DNA from: Thermoanaerobaculia bacterium
GTDB taxonomy: Bacteria; Acidobacteriota; Thermoanaerobaculia; UBA5066
Reading direction: 5' to 3'
Assembly: GCA_038245905.1 (NCBI GenBank)
Contig: JBBRRY010000016.1
Location: 1-64,000 of the forward strand
DNA length: 64,000 bases
The notes beneath the pieces were generated by a model that saw nothing but the letters and a program-made list of their open reading frames with translations, made no database searches and was not told the DNA's origin. The position numbers and the translations under genes were made by a program. This document shows, in pieces, positions 38,757 to 49,556 of the stretch (positions are counted from its first letter, which is position 1; every line of letters begins with the position of its first letter).

Positions 38757-39755
38757 TCAGGCGGCCACGGGCGCGTTCGCGGCGGTCGGTCTCTGCCCAC
38801 GCTCGGTGCGGATCGTCCGGCTGAAGAGAGAGAGCCGGCGGTCGAAGATGAACTGCAGGACGAGGCGCGTCCACGAACGGTGGAAGTGCAAGGCTTCGTA
38901 GACCTCCGGGACCGACCGGCGAACCGCCGGAAGCCTGTTCCACGGCACGGACGGAAAATCATGGTGCTCGTTGTGATAGCCCACGTTGAGCGCCGGGACG
39001 TTGAGCGGCCCGTAGTAGCTCGTGGTTTCCTGTCCGTCGAAAACGAGGAAGTGCTCCTGAATCCAGCGCGCCCCGAGAGGGTGGAGGCCCACCGAAAAAA
39101 AGAACGAAACCGCGAGATAAAGGAGCGCCTTGGGCCCCAGAACCGCCCAGACGGCGACGTCGTACGCGAGCTGCACTCCAATGTTCACGAACACCCACGG
39201 GGAGAAAAGCGAAATCTCGCGGAGGCGCGGAGGCCGCGTGACCTGAAAAATCGGGAAGAACAGGAGCCACAGAGCCTTGCGAATGGCCGAGTGGCCGACG
39301 AGACGCGCCTCCCACCGGCTCGGAATGTCGGCATCCAGCTCGTAAACGCCCTGATAGGCGTGGTGCTTCAGGTGGTACGTCTGGAAGGAGATCGCGCTCG
39401 GCAGGACGTGCGGAAGGTTGGCGGCGATCGCGGCGATTTTGTTCCAGCTCGCTCTTCGGAACAAGAGGTTGTGGGCGCACTCGTGGATGAGGACCCAAAG
39501 GGCGTGATCCAGAAACGCTCCGATCGCGAAGGCCGCGGCGAGGCCGGCCCAGAACGGAGCACGCCCGAGGGCGGCGGCAAGCGCGGTCTGCGCCAGGACG
39601 ATTCCGATCACGAGGAGGACGCTCCATGGGTTTCGGCCCGCGAGCCCGCGAATCTCCGCGTGGTTTCTGAGGATCTCTCTCGCGCGGAGCGCGTGCGGCT
39701 CACGCTGGTCGGAGAAGAGAAAGTCCTCGGGACTCGTATTCAGGGTGCTTTTCAC
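38757..39755 (-). CDS. Fatty acid desaturase, sphingolipid delta-4 desaturase (DES1/DEGS)-like
   Basis: N-terminal DFLFSDQREPHALRAREIL; His boxes HECAH, HLKHH, HNEHHDFP; LHPLGARWIQEH; ETTSYYGPLN. Confidence 0.85.
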   Translation of the reverse strand: MKSTLNTSPEDFLFSDQREPHALRAREILRNHAEIRGLAGRNPWSVLLVIGIVLAQTALAAALGRAPFWAGLAAAFAIGAFLDHALWVLIHECAHNLLFRRASWNKIAAIAANLPHVLPSAISFQTYHLKHHAYQGVYELDADIPSRWEARLVGHSAIRKALWLLFFPIFQVTRPPRLREISLFSPWVFVNIGVQLAYDVAVWAVLGPKALLYLAVSFFFSVGLHPLGARWIQEHFLVFDGQETTSYYGPLNVPALNVGYHNEHHDFPSVPWNRLPAVRRSVPEVYEALHFHRSWTRLVLQFIFDRRLSLFSRTIRTERGQRPTAANAPVAA

Positions 39756-39843
39756 CAGAATCTCCCCACCAGTATCCACGATCCTCCCGCTGATTGAAAA
39801 CGATTTCCGAGTCCCGAGTGCCGCGGGCTCGGGAACAGCTCCG

Positions 39844-41163
39844 TCAGGTGCCACTTCCCTTCAGGACCGTGACGACCGTCCGAAGTAGGATGAAAACGTC
39901 CAGGAGCGGCGTCCAATGGAAGAGGTAGCCAAGGTCGTAGCGGAGTTTGACGTCCGGCTTCGTCGCATAGAGCCCCATCACCTGTGCGAGACCCGTCAGA
40001 CCCGGCTTGAGGACGTGCCGGAGACGGTAGGCGGGGATCTCCTTCTCGTAGAGCGCGACGAACTCGGGCCGCTCGGGCCGCGGTCCGATGAGGCTCATCG
40101 ACCCACCGAGGACGTGGAGAAGCTGCGGCAGCTCGTCGAGCCGCGTCCTCCTGAGGAGGGCTCCGGCCGGCGTCACGCGCTCGTCGTCCCGGCCCGAGAG
40201 TGTGGGACCCGTTTCGGCCTCGGCGTCGGCCCGCATCGTGCGGACCTTCCACAGCAGAAACTCCCGCCCCCACCGGCCGACCCTGCGCTGGCGGATCCAC
40301 GGCGCTCCCGGGCTACCGAGCGCGACGGCAAGCGTCACCAGGACGAGAATCGGGGCAGCGGCGAAGAGCAGAGCCGACCCGAAAACGATGTCGAGAGCGC
40401 GTCTCCATGCGAAGGCGAAGAAGCTCGCACCCTGCGTCGCCACGGGCGTGAGGGGCAGGTCAGCAAGGCTCTTCGTCACCGCCCGCGAGGACACGATGTC
40501 CGCGAGACCGGGAAGCACCCAGAGGTCAAAGTCGTTTTCGAGGCTGCGCTCGAGAAGGGCCACGAGCTTCGGCCGGTCTTCCGGCCGCTCGGACGCAAAG
40601 ATGACATCTCGCGCACCTTTCAGCTCCTCCAGCGATACATCCTCGCTCCAGCCCGCGAGCATGTGCCCGGTGATTTGCCCCGCCCTCAAGGCGTCGGCCG
40701 CGCGACGCGCGTCGAGGCCCGAGCCGAGCACCAGAACAGCGCGCGTGCCGATCGGCGCGAGGACGTCGGCCAACGACCGCCAACGCCCAAGCGCGAAGGA
40801 CAGGAGCGGCACCCAGACGAGGAGCACCGTGCGCGGCACTGCCTGGCCCGCAAAAAAGTACGCGGCGACAATCAGGCCGCCCGCGACGAGCGCCGACACG
40901 AGGAGGCCGCCCCGTTCTCTCACCGATGCGAACGGCTCGTCGTAGGTACCTGCCAGCCACAGCGCGGCCAGCGTCGCAAAAGCCACGAGGGCGAGCCACG
41001 GAATCTCGAGCGAGAGGTTAGAAGCCGGCAGCCTTCCGACCGTGCCCGGCAGCGCAAGGAGCCGGCGCGCGGTGACGACGAGAGCGAAAAGGCCGGAGGC
41101 CACACAGGCGTCGCCCACCGCGAGGAGAAGGCCGCGGCCTTTCCGCCGGCCCCGCGGCCTCAC
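39844..41163 (-). CDS. Polyprenyl-phosphate sugar phosphotransferase (WcaJ/WbaP family)
   Basis: KVRTM, RRTRLDELPQL, SLIGPRPERP, KPGLTGLAQV. Confidence 0.9.
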   Translation of the reverse strand: MRPRGRRKGRGLLLAVGDACVASGLFALVVTARRLLALPGTVGRLPASNLSLEIPWLALVAFATLAALWLAGTYDEPFASVRERGGLLVSALVAGGLIVAAYFFAGQAVPRTVLLVWVPLLSFALGRWRSLADVLAPIGTRAVLVLGSGLDARRAADALRAGQITGHMLAGWSEDVSLEELKGARDVIFASERPEDRPKLVALLERSLENDFDLWVLPGLADIVSSRAVTKSLADLPLTPVATQGASFFAFAWRRALDIVFGSALLFAAAPILVLVTLAVALGSPGAPWIRQRRVGRWGREFLLWKVRTMRADAEAETGPTLSGRDDERVTPAGALLRRTRLDELPQLLHVLGGSMSLIGPRPERPEFVALYEKEIPAYRLRHVLKPGLTGLAQVMGLYATKPDVKLRYDLGYLFHWTPLLDVFILLRTVVTVLKGSGT

Positions 41164-42311
41164 GGACTCCCCCGCGCCGCCCGGTATGCCGCGACGAAGC
41201 CGGCGACGGAAGCCCGGCGATCCGCATGCGCCTCGACGAACGCGCGGCCCGCCGCACCGTCCCGTGCCGCCCGCTCGGGGTCGCCAAGATAGTCCGCGAT
41301 CGCGCGGGCGAACTCTTCGTCCGTGTCCGCCGTCGCGGCGGGTGGAAGAACGCCGGACGACGCGGCGCGCAGGACGGCACCGGGCGACGCCACGACGGCC
41401 GCGCCCGCCTCGAAGGCCTCGAAGAGCTTGTTGGGTGTGCCCGTCCCGAGGTCCACGGGCGCCACGACGACGCGTGCCGTCCGGAGGAAGGCGGCCATAT
41501 CCGGTACGGGACTCACGACCTCGACGCCGCCCTGTCCCCCCGCCTCACGGATCTCGCGAGGAGCGTCGGCCCCGCCGAGGAGGAGACGGGCGTCCGGCAC
41601 CGCGCGCTTCACGCGCGGCCAGATGTCCTCGAGAAGTCGTCGCGCGGCCAAGCGATTCGGACGGTACATGAGACGCCCGGTGAAGGCCACGACGGGCCCG
41701 CGCCGGGACGGGCCGGCCGGAAGCAGTACGACGCCGTTCGCCACCGCCCGGGTCCCGGGCGGGAGCCGCGCGGCGTCGGCCGGCGTCGTCCCGAGAAGGA
41801 CGGCCGCGCCCCGGGCCGCGCGCTCCTCGGCGCGCACGAGGCGCGGCGCGTCGAGGGCCCAGTAGGCACGTCGCCAAAGCGCGGGATCGTGCCGGGCCGC
41901 CTGTCGCGCGGCCGCAGCAAGCGCGTCCACAAAGTCGACGACGAGCGGCGCGTCCGGCAGCGCTCCCGAGACGTGCGCAAGGAGGCGCGGAAGAAGCAGC
42001 GCGACCACGAGGTCGGCGCCTCCCGCCTCTTTCAGCGCTGAGCGGAAATCTCCCGCGAAGAGCGCCGACTGGAGAGGGTCTCCGGAGAGAAGCGCCCGCA
42101 CCATGACGAGCGGGACGCGCGCGGGAGAGAGAGCAACCGGCACGACGCGCGCGGCGAGCGGCACGTCCGGTTTCTCCCGCGGCCCGGCACCTCCGACGAT
42201 CGTCGTCTCGAACCCGGCTTCGTTGAGCGCCTGGAGGTGGATCTCCGCCCTGAGCCGATCGCCCGTGAAGCCGGTCCCGGGCAGGCGGGGAACGAGCAGG
42301 ATCGCTTTCAT
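41160..42311 (-). CDS. GT4-family glycosyltransferase
   Basis: GDRLRA, AFTGRLMYRPN, GTGTPNKLFEAFEAG. Confidence 0.85.
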   Translation of the reverse strand: MKAILLVPRLPGTGFTGDRLRAEIHLQALNEAGFETTIVGGAGPREKPDVPLAARVVPVALSPARVPLVMVRALLSGDPLQSALFAGDFRSALKEAGGADLVVALLLPRLLAHVSGALPDAPLVVDFVDALAAAARQAARHDPALWRRAYWALDAPRLVRAEERAARGAAVLLGTTPADAARLPPGTRAVANGVVLLPAGPSRRGPVVAFTGRLMYRPNRLAARRLLEDIWPRVKRAVPDARLLLGGADAPREIREAGGQGGVEVVSPVPDMAAFLRTARVVVAPVDLGTGTPNKLFEAFEAGAAVVASPGAVLRAASSGVLPPAATADTDEEFARAIADYLGDPERAARDGAAGRAFVEAHADRRASVAGFVAAYRAARGSP

Positions 42312-43567
42312 GCAGGAGGGCGCGCCCGGTGCCAGCGGGAAGGCGCGAGCAGCGCGCGAGCGGCGGCGCGTGTCCACATCGAAAAAGACGCCGCGAAATC
42401 GGCGAAAGCCACGGGAGGAACTTCCGGTGGATAGCCGAGGCGCCGCCGGAGCGCGGCGATCGAAAGCCACTCGAGGACGAGGGCGAGTTTTGCTTCGAGT
42501 GAAAGAAGGATAAGGAAGGCCAGAAGTGCAACGGGCCGTCCATTCAAAGACAAAACCAGCATGAGCACATCCGAGGCGCCCGCAAGAATCGCGAGGGTTC
42601 CGAGCAAAAGGACCCTCGGACGAAGCCAGAGATCGGCCGCCAGAACGAACGCGCCCTTCGGGCTCTTCGCCGCGATCCGGAGGAGATCGCCGAGGCCCGT
42701 GAAAAGGAGCTTCATGTGCCCACCCAGCCATCGCGCGCGCGAGCCCGACATCGCGCGCGAGCCCGGGACTGGTTCGTCGAACGCGACGGGCGCCGCGAGA
42801 GCGCGGACGCGCACTCCCGACGCCAGGAGCCGGAGGGTCGCTTCGGAGTCCTCGACGGTCGTCGCGGTAGCCACGGCCGGCCCGGCGTGAAACGCCCGCG
42901 GCGAGAAACCCATGGCCTTACCGCGCAGCCGGACGGGCAGGCCTTCGGCATCCCGCGCAAGGTCGTCCTCCAGGGCCTGGGCGAGAGAGAGCGCCTCGAC
43001 GCGCGGCGCGCCCGAGGCGGGGACTCCCGCGGGCCGGACCGGAAGCTGGAACGCCTCTGTCCCGACGGGCACGGCGAGATCGCGGAAAAATCGTTCCGGC
43101 AGCCTCATGTCGGCGTCGAACACAAGGATGAAGTCGTAGGCATCCAGCCGGTCGCCCATGCTCGCGGCGAGAAACGCAAGCGCATGTCCTTTCGCAGGAC
43201 CGGGAAGATTCTTCGAAAGGTAAGAGATTCCGTCGCGCGCAAGACGGGCCTGCGCCTCGGGGTCCGGACCGTCCAGGAGGACCAGAATGTCGACGGCAAA
43301 GGAGCTTGCGCTCGCCTCTGCGCCGCCCGCGATCTTCACCTTCGAAGAAATCTCTTTCTCCGACTCTCTCGTCACGTCCGCGGCGATGTCGCCGACGCGC
43401 GCGCCCTCGGCGCGAGCCGGCACGAGCACGAGCAGGCGTGCCGGACGCATGCCCCGCTCCGGCGCGCCGCGCCCTCGCACGAGGCGCCGCAGCCTCAGGG
43501 CCGCGTCGAGCGCGGGCAGCGCTGCCGCGAGGGCCAGCAGGCCGCAGAGGACCGTCGCCTTATCCAC
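42308..43567 (-). CDS. GT2-family membrane glycosyltransferase
   Basis: VLVPARAE, KGHAL, VFDAD, TVED, RARW motif. Confidence 0.8.
   Translation of the reverse strand: MDKATVLCGLLALAAALPALDAALRLRRLVRGRGAPERGMRPARLLVLVPARAEGARVGDIAADVTRESEKEISSKVKIAGGAEASASSFAVDILVLLDGPDPEAQARLARDGISYLSKNLPGPAKGHALAFLAASMGDRLDAYDFILVFDADMRLPERFFRDLAVPVGTEAFQLPVRPAGVPASGAPRVEALSLAQALEDDLARDAEGLPVRLRGKAMGFSPRAFHAGPAVATATTVEDSEATLRLLASGVRVRALAAPVAFDEPVPGSRAMSGSRARWLGGHMKLLFTGLGDLLRIAAKSPKGAFVLAADLWLRPRVLLLGTLAILAGASDVLMLVLSLNGRPVALLAFLILLSLEAKLALVLEWLSIAALRRRLGYPPEVPPVAFADFAASFSMWTRAAARALLAPSRWHRARPPA
42485..42557. repeat. Intragenic inverted-repeat pair D in the GT2 gene (weak)
   Basis: Left GAGTTTTGCTTCGAGTG 42485-42501; right CCATTCAAAGACAAAACC 42540-42557. 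Confidence 0.5.
43204..43360. repeat. Intragenic inverted-repeat pair E in the GT2 gene
   Basis: Left GAAGATTCTTCGAAAGGTAAGAG 43204-43226; right CACCTTCGAAGAAATCTCTTTCTC 43337-43360. Confidence 0.8.
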
Positions 43568-43592
43568 GCGGCCTGCATCGTAGCGCCGAACG

Positions 43593-45851
43593 TCAGCGGG
43601 TCGTGCGCGACTGTGCGTCCACCACGCCGAATGCGGCCATGTTCACGATGTCGACCACCTCGACTCCGCGCTGGAGGACATGAACGGGCTTGCCCATTCC
43701 CATGAGGATCGGCCCGATCGCATCCGCCTTGGCGAGACGCCACACGAGCTTGTAGGCGGCGTTCGCGCTCTGGAGCTCCGGAAAGACGAGGACGTTCGCC
43801 GGGCCCGTGAGGCCCGCCCACGGGTACTCCTCCTTCAGGAACTCGGGAAGAACCGCCGTATCGGCCTGCATCTCGCCGTCACATTCGAGCGCCGGCCGGC
43901 GCTTCTTCACGATTTTCACGGCCTCCCGGACTTTGTCCGTCGAAGGGTGCTTCGTCGAGCCGAAGTTCGAGAACGAGATCATCGCGACGCGCGGCTGGAC
44001 ACCGAAGAGCTTCGCCGTGTCGGCCGACAAAAGCGCGATCTCCGCCAGATCCTCCGCGCTGGGCTCGATGTTGACTGTCGTGTCGGCGAAGAAGAACGTC
44101 CGGTCCTGCAGGATCAGGACGTAGAGGCCCGAAACCTTCTTGACGCCGTCCTTGACGCCGATCGTCTGGAGGGCCGGCTTGATCGTCTCCGGGTAATAGG
44201 TCGTGAGGCCGGAGAGCGAGACGTCCGCGTCGCCCTGGTCGACCATCATGCCGGCGAAGTAGTTCCGGATTCGCATGTAGGTCTGGGCGTCCTCGAGGGT
44301 GACGCCGTGGCGCTTCCTCTTCTCGACGAAGGCCTTCGCGTACTTCTGGAAGTTCGGGTGCGTTTCCGGGTCGATCACCTCGATCGGCGCCTTGACATCG
44401 AGCGCCTTCAGGGCCGCCTCGGCCTTCCTCCCGCGCGAGAGGAGGATCGGGATCGCGATCTTCTCCTCGGCGAGGATCTTGGCGGCGCGTTGGACCTTCG
44501 GGTGATCCCCTTCGGCGAGGACGACGCGCTTGGGGTCGCTTTTCGCCTTGCCGTGGATGACCTGCATGAAGGACCGCGAACGTGACAGCATGCCCTCGAG
44601 CCTCTGGCGGTAGGCGTCCATGTCCTTGATGGGCCGCTTGGCCACTCCCGTCGCCGCGGCCGCCTCGGCTACCGCCGGTGCGACGTGCAAGAGCACGCGC
44701 CAGTCGAAAGGCTTCGGAATCAGGTACTCGCGTCCGAACTTGAAGCCGTCGACGCCATAGGCGCGGGCTACGGAATCGGGCACGTCCTCCTTGGCGAGAT
44801 TCGCGAGCGCCTTCGACGCGGCGAGCTTCATCGCCTCGTTGATCTGCGTCGCGCGGCAATCGAGTGCGCCGCGGAAGATGAACGGGAAGCCCAGCACGTT
44901 GTTGACCTGATTGGGGTAGTCGGACCGGCCCGTCGCCATGATGACGTCGGGACGCGCGGCCTTCGCCTCCTCCGGGCTGATCTCCGGCACCGGGTTCGCC
45001 ATGGCGAAGATGATCGGGTCCTTCGCCATCTTCTTGATCATCTCTCCGTTGATGAGCTTCGCTGCCGAGACGCCGATGAAAGCGTCTGCGCCCTCGAGCG
45101 CCTCGGCAACCGTGCGCTTTTTCGTGTCGCGCGCGAAGCGCTCCTTGTATTGATTCATGTTCTCGGTCCGGCCCTTCCAGATCACGCCGGTCCGGTCGAC
45201 CATGAGGATATTCTCGAGCTTCACGCCATACGTGATGTAAAGGTTCGCGCACGCGTTCGCGGCGGCGCCCGCGCCGGCGAAGACGACTTTCACGTCTTCG
45301 ATCTTCTTCTTCGCGATCTCGAGGGCGTTCAGGAACGCCGCGGCCGAAATGATCGCGGTCCCGTGCTGGTCGTCGTGAAAGACCGGGATGCCCATGCGCT
45401 TCTTGAGCTGCCCCTCGATGTAGAAGCACTCGGGCGCCTTGATGTCCTCGAGATTGATGCCTCCGAACGTGGGCTCGAGGCGTGCGACGCACTCGATGAA
45501 CTTGTCGGGGTCCTTCTCGTCCACTTCGATGTCGAACACGTCGACGTCGGCGAACCTCTTGAACAGCACGCCCTTCCCTTCCATGACGGGCTTGCCGGCG
45601 AGAGGACCGATGTCTCCGAGACCGAGCACGGCCGTGCCGTTGGAGATGACGGCGACGAGATTTCCCTTGCCCGTGTACTCGTAGGCAAGGTCGGGGTCCC
45701 GCGCGATTTCGAGGCACGGCTCGGCGACGCCGGGCGTGTATGCGAGGGAGAGGTCGCGGGCGGTGGCGCAAGGCTTGGAAGGAATGACCTCCAGCTTTCC
45801 CTTGCGGCCGGTGGAGTGATAGTCGAGGGCGTCCTGCTTGGAAAGGCTCAC
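43593..45851 (-). CDS. maeB: NADP-dependent malic enzyme with PTA-like domain
   Basis: [45 protein letters not shown]. Confidence 0.96.
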   Translation of the reverse strand: MSLSKQDALDYHSTGRKGKLEVIPSKPCATARDLSLAYTPGVAEPCLEIARDPDLAYEYTGKGNLVAVISNGTAVLGLGDIGPLAGKPVMEGKGVLFKRFADVDVFDIEVDEKDPDKFIECVARLEPTFGGINLEDIKAPECFYIEGQLKKRMGIPVFHDDQHGTAIISAAAFLNALEIAKKKIEDVKVVFAGAGAAANACANLYITYGVKLENILMVDRTGVIWKGRTENMNQYKERFARDTKKRTVAEALEGADAFIGVSAAKLINGEMIKKMAKDPIIFAMANPVPEISPEEAKAARPDVIMATGRSDYPNQVNNVLGFPFIFRGALDCRATQINEAMKLAASKALANLAKEDVPDSVARAYGVDGFKFGREYLIPKPFDWRVLLHVAPAVAEAAAATGVAKRPIKDMDAYRQRLEGMLSRSRSFMQVIHGKAKSDPKRVVLAEGDHPKVQRAAKILAEEKIAIPILLSRGRKAEAALKALDVKAPIEVIDPETHPNFQKYAKAFVEKRKRHGVTLEDAQTYMRIRNYFAGMMVDQGDADVSLSGLTTYYPETIKPALQTIGVKDGVKKVSGLYVLILQDRTFFFADTTVNIEPSAEDLAEIALLSADTAKLFGVQPRVAMISFSNFGSTKHPSTDKVREAVKIVKKRRPALECDGEMQADTAVLPEFLKEEYPWAGLTGPANVLVFPELQSANAAYKLVWRLAKADAIGPILMGMGKPVHVLQRGVEVVDIVNMAAFGVVDAQSRTTR

Positions 45852-45920
45852 GCGTGTTCCTTTCGTCGATCCGCCGACGATTCTAGAACTCTCCTTCCGG
45901 GCCCGCATGATGCGGACGCA

Positions 45921-46751
45921 CTAAGTCCGGCGAAAACGGTCGACGAGGGCCGGAAGAACGATCCTCAGCCGGAAATCGGGGAAGGCCTGCGTCAAGGCAG
46001 AATAAACCTCGTCCTCACCCGCGGATTTCGACGCTTCCGCGACGATTTCCTGCGCCCGGTGGAAGTAGCGAAGCTGGTCCTCCACGGAATCGCAGCCTCC
46101 CGCGAGGCCGTGGCCCGGGACGAGCGTCGTGAACGGGATTCCGCGGAGCCCCTCGAGCGCCGAACGCCACCCGGCGACGTTCGCGTCCTCGAAATTCGGG
46201 TGATAGCCCGTCGAGACGAGGTCTCCCGACACGAGAACAGAGAGGGCCGGGACATAAATGCAAAGGTCGCCGGGCGTGTGGGCGTGGCCGGGGTGAAAGA
46301 CGTCGAACCTGAGTCCGCCGGCCTCGAACGCGAAGCGGTCCGTCACGAGGCGCGTCGGGGCGTATGGCACGGCGCCCTCGAAGAGCGCCGCCAGCGCGGG
46401 GTCCCGTCGCCGCTCGTCGATGAGGCCCGCATGCTCGAGCGCCATGCGCCGGCCTGCGGTCTCGTGAGCGATCACCTCTGCACCGTGCGCCGCGAACCAC
46501 GAGGCTCCGAGGGCGTGATCCGTGTGGTGGTGAGTGAGGATGACGTGCGTGACGGGAGCGTTCGAGCGATCCGCGATCCGCGCCCCGAGGTCCGCCGCCT
46601 GGCGTGGCGCGATGAATGGGTCCACGACGACGACGGCGCCCTTTCCGAAAAAGACGGTCGCGTTGGAGCCGTAGCTGTCCGCCAGCGTCTCGCCGCCGAG
46701 CGTGAAGACGGAAACCTGCGCGGACAGCCGGGTCTCAGCGAGAGGGCCCAC
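45921..46751 (-). CDS. MBL-fold metallo-hydrolase
   Basis: THHHTDHALG, AHTPGD, SGDL, VPGHG. Confidence 0.88.
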   Translation of the reverse strand: MGPLAETRLSAQVSVFTLGGETLADSYGSNATVFFGKGAVVVVDPFIAPRQAADLGARIADRSNAPVTHVILTHHHTDHALGASWFAAHGAEVIAHETAGRRMALEHAGLIDERRRDPALAALFEGAVPYAPTRLVTDRFAFEAGGLRFDVFHPGHAHTPGDLCIYVPALSVLVSGDLVSTGYHPNFEDANVAGWRSALEGLRGIPFTTLVPGHGLAGGCDSVEDQLRYFHRAQEIVAEASKSAGEDEVYSALTQAFPDFRLRIVLPALVDRFRRT

Positions 46752-46836
46752 GCTGCGATCCTAAAGCGAAACGGGGCGCGCCCGCCTCCCGAAGGAGACT
46801 GGCGCGCCCCGGAAATGGCGCGGAGAAAAGTCGGGC

Positions 46837-47634
46837 TCAGGCGGCCCGAACGAAGAGGATCTTCACCGCCGCGGCAGCGAGAGCGAGGCCGAGCGCGATC
46901 AGCGCCCACGTCGACAGTGCCGGGACTGGACTCGAGCCGAGCGGGCTGGGGGCCGCGAGGTAGGCAATGAGGTTGTTCGAGAACGCCTGCGAAGCCGCGT
47001 CGGCACTCGGATCCAGGAAGTTCACGTCGAAGACGAGAATCAAGGCACCCGCGGCCGCGCCGGAGAGCGTCCCGGGAGACCACACGAGCGACGCTCCGAA
47101 GTTCGAGCCGTCCTTCGTCACGTACGCGCCGGTCCCTGTCGTCGGGGAGGCGGCGGCGGCGAGGAACGTGACGGTCGCGACCGCATTCGGGCCCGTGAAG
47201 GGGGATTGAACGGTCTGCGCCTGGCTCACCGGGTTCACTGCCGTGATCGCACCGCCGCCGGCCGTCGAGACGAGGCTGATGATCGAGTTGTTGCGGGTCG
47301 GGAAACCGGTGTTTTCGCCCATCACGAAGAGCGACCCGCCGCCGGCCATGAACGTGACGTAGGCCGAGATGTCGCTCCCGGTGAGCGGCGTCGTGTTGTT
47401 GAACCGGATGTCCCAGATCTGCTTGTACGTCGCGAGGCTGCCCCCGGGAACACCCACGCTCGGGGTCACGGTATACGTGGCCGCGGCGAGCTTACCCGTC
47501 AGGTTCCCGAGAACGTTGGCCTCGAGGCCGGCCGTGCCGTCGTGAACGATCAGCGCGTTGGCGGCCAGGCCGACACCTGGCGCAGAGAGAAGGAGGGCGA
47601 CCAACGCCCGGGTGAGCATGGACCGTATACTCAT
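46837..47634 (-). CDS. Secreted protein with IPTL-CTERM-like sorting tail
   Basis: Signal peptide; C-terminal VPALSTWALIALGLALAAAAVKILFVRAA. Confidence 0.75.
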   Translation of the reverse strand: MSIRSMLTRALVALLLSAPGVGLAANALIVHDGTAGLEANVLGNLTGKLAAATYTVTPSVGVPGGSLATYKQIWDIRFNNTTPLTGSDISAYVTFMAGGGSLFVMGENTGFPTRNNSIISLVSTAGGGAITAVNPVSQAQTVQSPFTGPNAVATVTFLAAAASPTTGTGAYVTKDGSNFGASLVWSPGTLSGAAAGALILVFDVNFLDPSADAASQAFSNNLIAYLAAPSPLGSSPVPALSTWALIALGLALAAAAVKILFVRAA

Positions 47635-47701
47635 CTTGGTTCCTTTCGGTCTCCCCGTCCGGAGAGCCCGTCGAGCGGATTCAGAAATTTCGAGAATCCT
47701 A

Positions 47702-49483
47702 TCACGCTGGAAGGAGCGTTTTCGCTCCTGCCGCGAGCGAACTTTTCACGATTTCGACGACCCGGTCCGGGGCGATTTCGGTCGCCTTCCGTTCGCGGCG
47801 CGTCGAAACCTCGACGACGCCCTTCGCGAGGCCCTTGCCGCCCACGACGACCCTGAGCGGGAAGCCGATGAGGTCGATGTCCTTGAACTTCACGCCGGGA
47901 CGCTCGTCCCGGTCGTCATAGAAGACGTCGACGCCCGCGGCCTTGAGCCCCTCGTAGAGCTTGTCCGCCGCCTCGAGAACGTGCGCGTCACGCTGCAGCA
48001 CGGCGACGACGCACGCGAAGGGCGCGAGCGGCACCGGCCAGACGATTCCGACGTCGTCGTGGTTCTGCTCGATGGCGGCCGCCACCGTGCGGCCGAGGCC
48101 GAGCCCGTAGCAGCCCATCGCGAGCGGCACCATCTTCTGACTCTGGTCGGCAACCTCGCACTTCATGGACTGGGAATACTTCGTCCCGAGCTTGAAGATG
48201 TGCCCGACCTCGATGCCTCGCTTGATGTGGAGCGTGCCGGCGCCGGAAGGCGAAGGATCTCCTTCGCGGGCGGTCGCGATTTCGACGACGCCTTTGAAGG
48301 TGGGCAGCGACATCACGTCGCGCTTGATGGAGACCTGGGCGTGATGGGTTCCATCCTGGTTGGCTCCGCACCAGATATTCCGCCCGTTCTCCAGCGATCG
48401 GTCGACGAAGAGAAGAATGGGATTTTCTTTGAAGGGAAGAAGATCGAGCGGTCCGACGAATCCGGGCACCGTCCCTGATACCTTTCTAAGAATCTCCTCC
48501 GAAGTCAGCTTGACGTGAACCGCACCGAGCGCCTTGGGGAGCTTGACCTCGTTGATCTCGAGATCGCCACGGATCAGGACCGCGGCGAGTCTGGTGTTGC
48601 CGTCCGCTCCCACAGCCTCATAGATCATCGTCTTGACGATGCGCGAGGAAGTCGTCCCGAGGTGCTTCGCCTGGTCCACGCACGTCGTCAGGCCCGGCGT
48701 CGGTGCACTGGCCTTCTGGAGCGTTCTGTCCTCCTCCCCCGCCCAAGGCTCGGGAAGGGGGGCCGTCGTCGCCTTCTCCACGTTCGCGCCATAGTCGCCC
48801 GCGTCGGAGAAGACGAGCGCGTCCTCTCCGGTCTCCGCCACGACCATGAACTCCTGCGACGCGGACCCGCCGATCGCGCCCGAGTCGGCGTCGACGAGCG
48901 CGTACTCCAGGTTACAGCGCTCGAAGATACGCCGGTACGCCGCGTCCATCTTCTTGTAGTGAAGGTCCAGTCCCTTCTGGTCGACGTCGAACGAGTACGC
49001 GTCCTTCATGAGGAATTCGCGGCCGCGCAGGAGGCCGAAGCGGGGGCGGATCTCGTCGCGGAACTTCGTCCGGATCTGGTAGAGGTTGAACGGCAGCTGC
49101 CGCCACGACGTGACCGAGCGCCGCACCATGTCGGTGACGGCTTCCTCGGCGGTCGGGGCGAGCGCGAACTCGCTCCCCTTGCGGTCCTCGAGATGGAAGA
49201 GGATGCCATCGGCGACGTATCGGTCCCAGCGGCCCGACTCGACCCACAGCTCTTTCGGCTGAAGGATGGGGAGGTCGACTTCCATCGCGCCCGTCGCGTC
49301 CATCTCCTCACGCACGATCTCGATCATCTTCCGGAGCGAGCGGAAGCCGAACGGCGTGAACGAATAAATGCCCGCGGCGAGCTTCTGGATCATCCCCGCC
49401 CGGTAGAGAAGCTGATGCGAGACGACCTCGGCGTCGCCGGGCACCTCGCGGAGGGTCACGAGAAACGACTGAGACCAGCGCAT
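47702..49483 (-). CDS. proS: Proline--tRNA ligase
   Basis: SHQLLYRAG, KFRDEIRPRFGLLRGREFLMKDAYSF, GIEVGHIFKLGTKYS, MGCYGLG. Confidence 0.97.
   Translation of the reverse strand: MRWSQSFLVTLREVPGDAEVVSHQLLYRAGMIQKLAAGIYSFTPFGFRSLRKMIEIVREEMDATGAMEVDLPILQPKELWVESGRWDRYVADGILFHLEDRKGSEFALAPTAEEAVTDMVRRSVTSWRQLPFNLYQIRTKFRDEIRPRFGLLRGREFLMKDAYSFDVDQKGLDLHYKKMDAAYRRIFERCNLEYALVDADSGAIGGSASQEFMVVAETGEDALVFSDAGDYGANVEKATTAPLPEPWAGEEDRTLQKASAPTPGLTTCVDQAKHLGTTSSRIVKTMIYEAVGADGNTRLAAVLIRGDLEINEVKLPKALGAVHVKLTSEEILRKVSGTVPGFVGPLDLLPFKENPILLFVDRSLENGRNIWCGANQDGTHHAQVSIKRDVMSLPTFKGVVEIATAREGDPSPSGAGTLHIKRGIEVGHIFKLGTKYSQSMKCEVADQSQKMVPLAMGCYGLGLGRTVAAAIEQNHDDVGIVWPVPLAPFACVVAVLQRDAHVLEAADKLYEGLKAAGVDVFYDDRDERPGVKFKDIDLIGFPLRVVVGGKGLAKGVVEVSTRRERKATEIAPDRVVEIVKSSLAAGAKTLLPA
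48419..48497. repeat. Intragenic inverted-repeat pair F in proS
   Basis: Left GGGATTTTCTTTGAAGGG 48419-48436; right ATACCTTTCTAAGAATCTCC 48478-48497. Confidence 0.75.
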
Positions 49484-49556
49484 TGAGCCGGCGAGGATAA
49501 CAGGGGGGCCTTCAGGCAACTCCGGATTCGATCCCTGCCGGCACCTCCCGGGTGGA

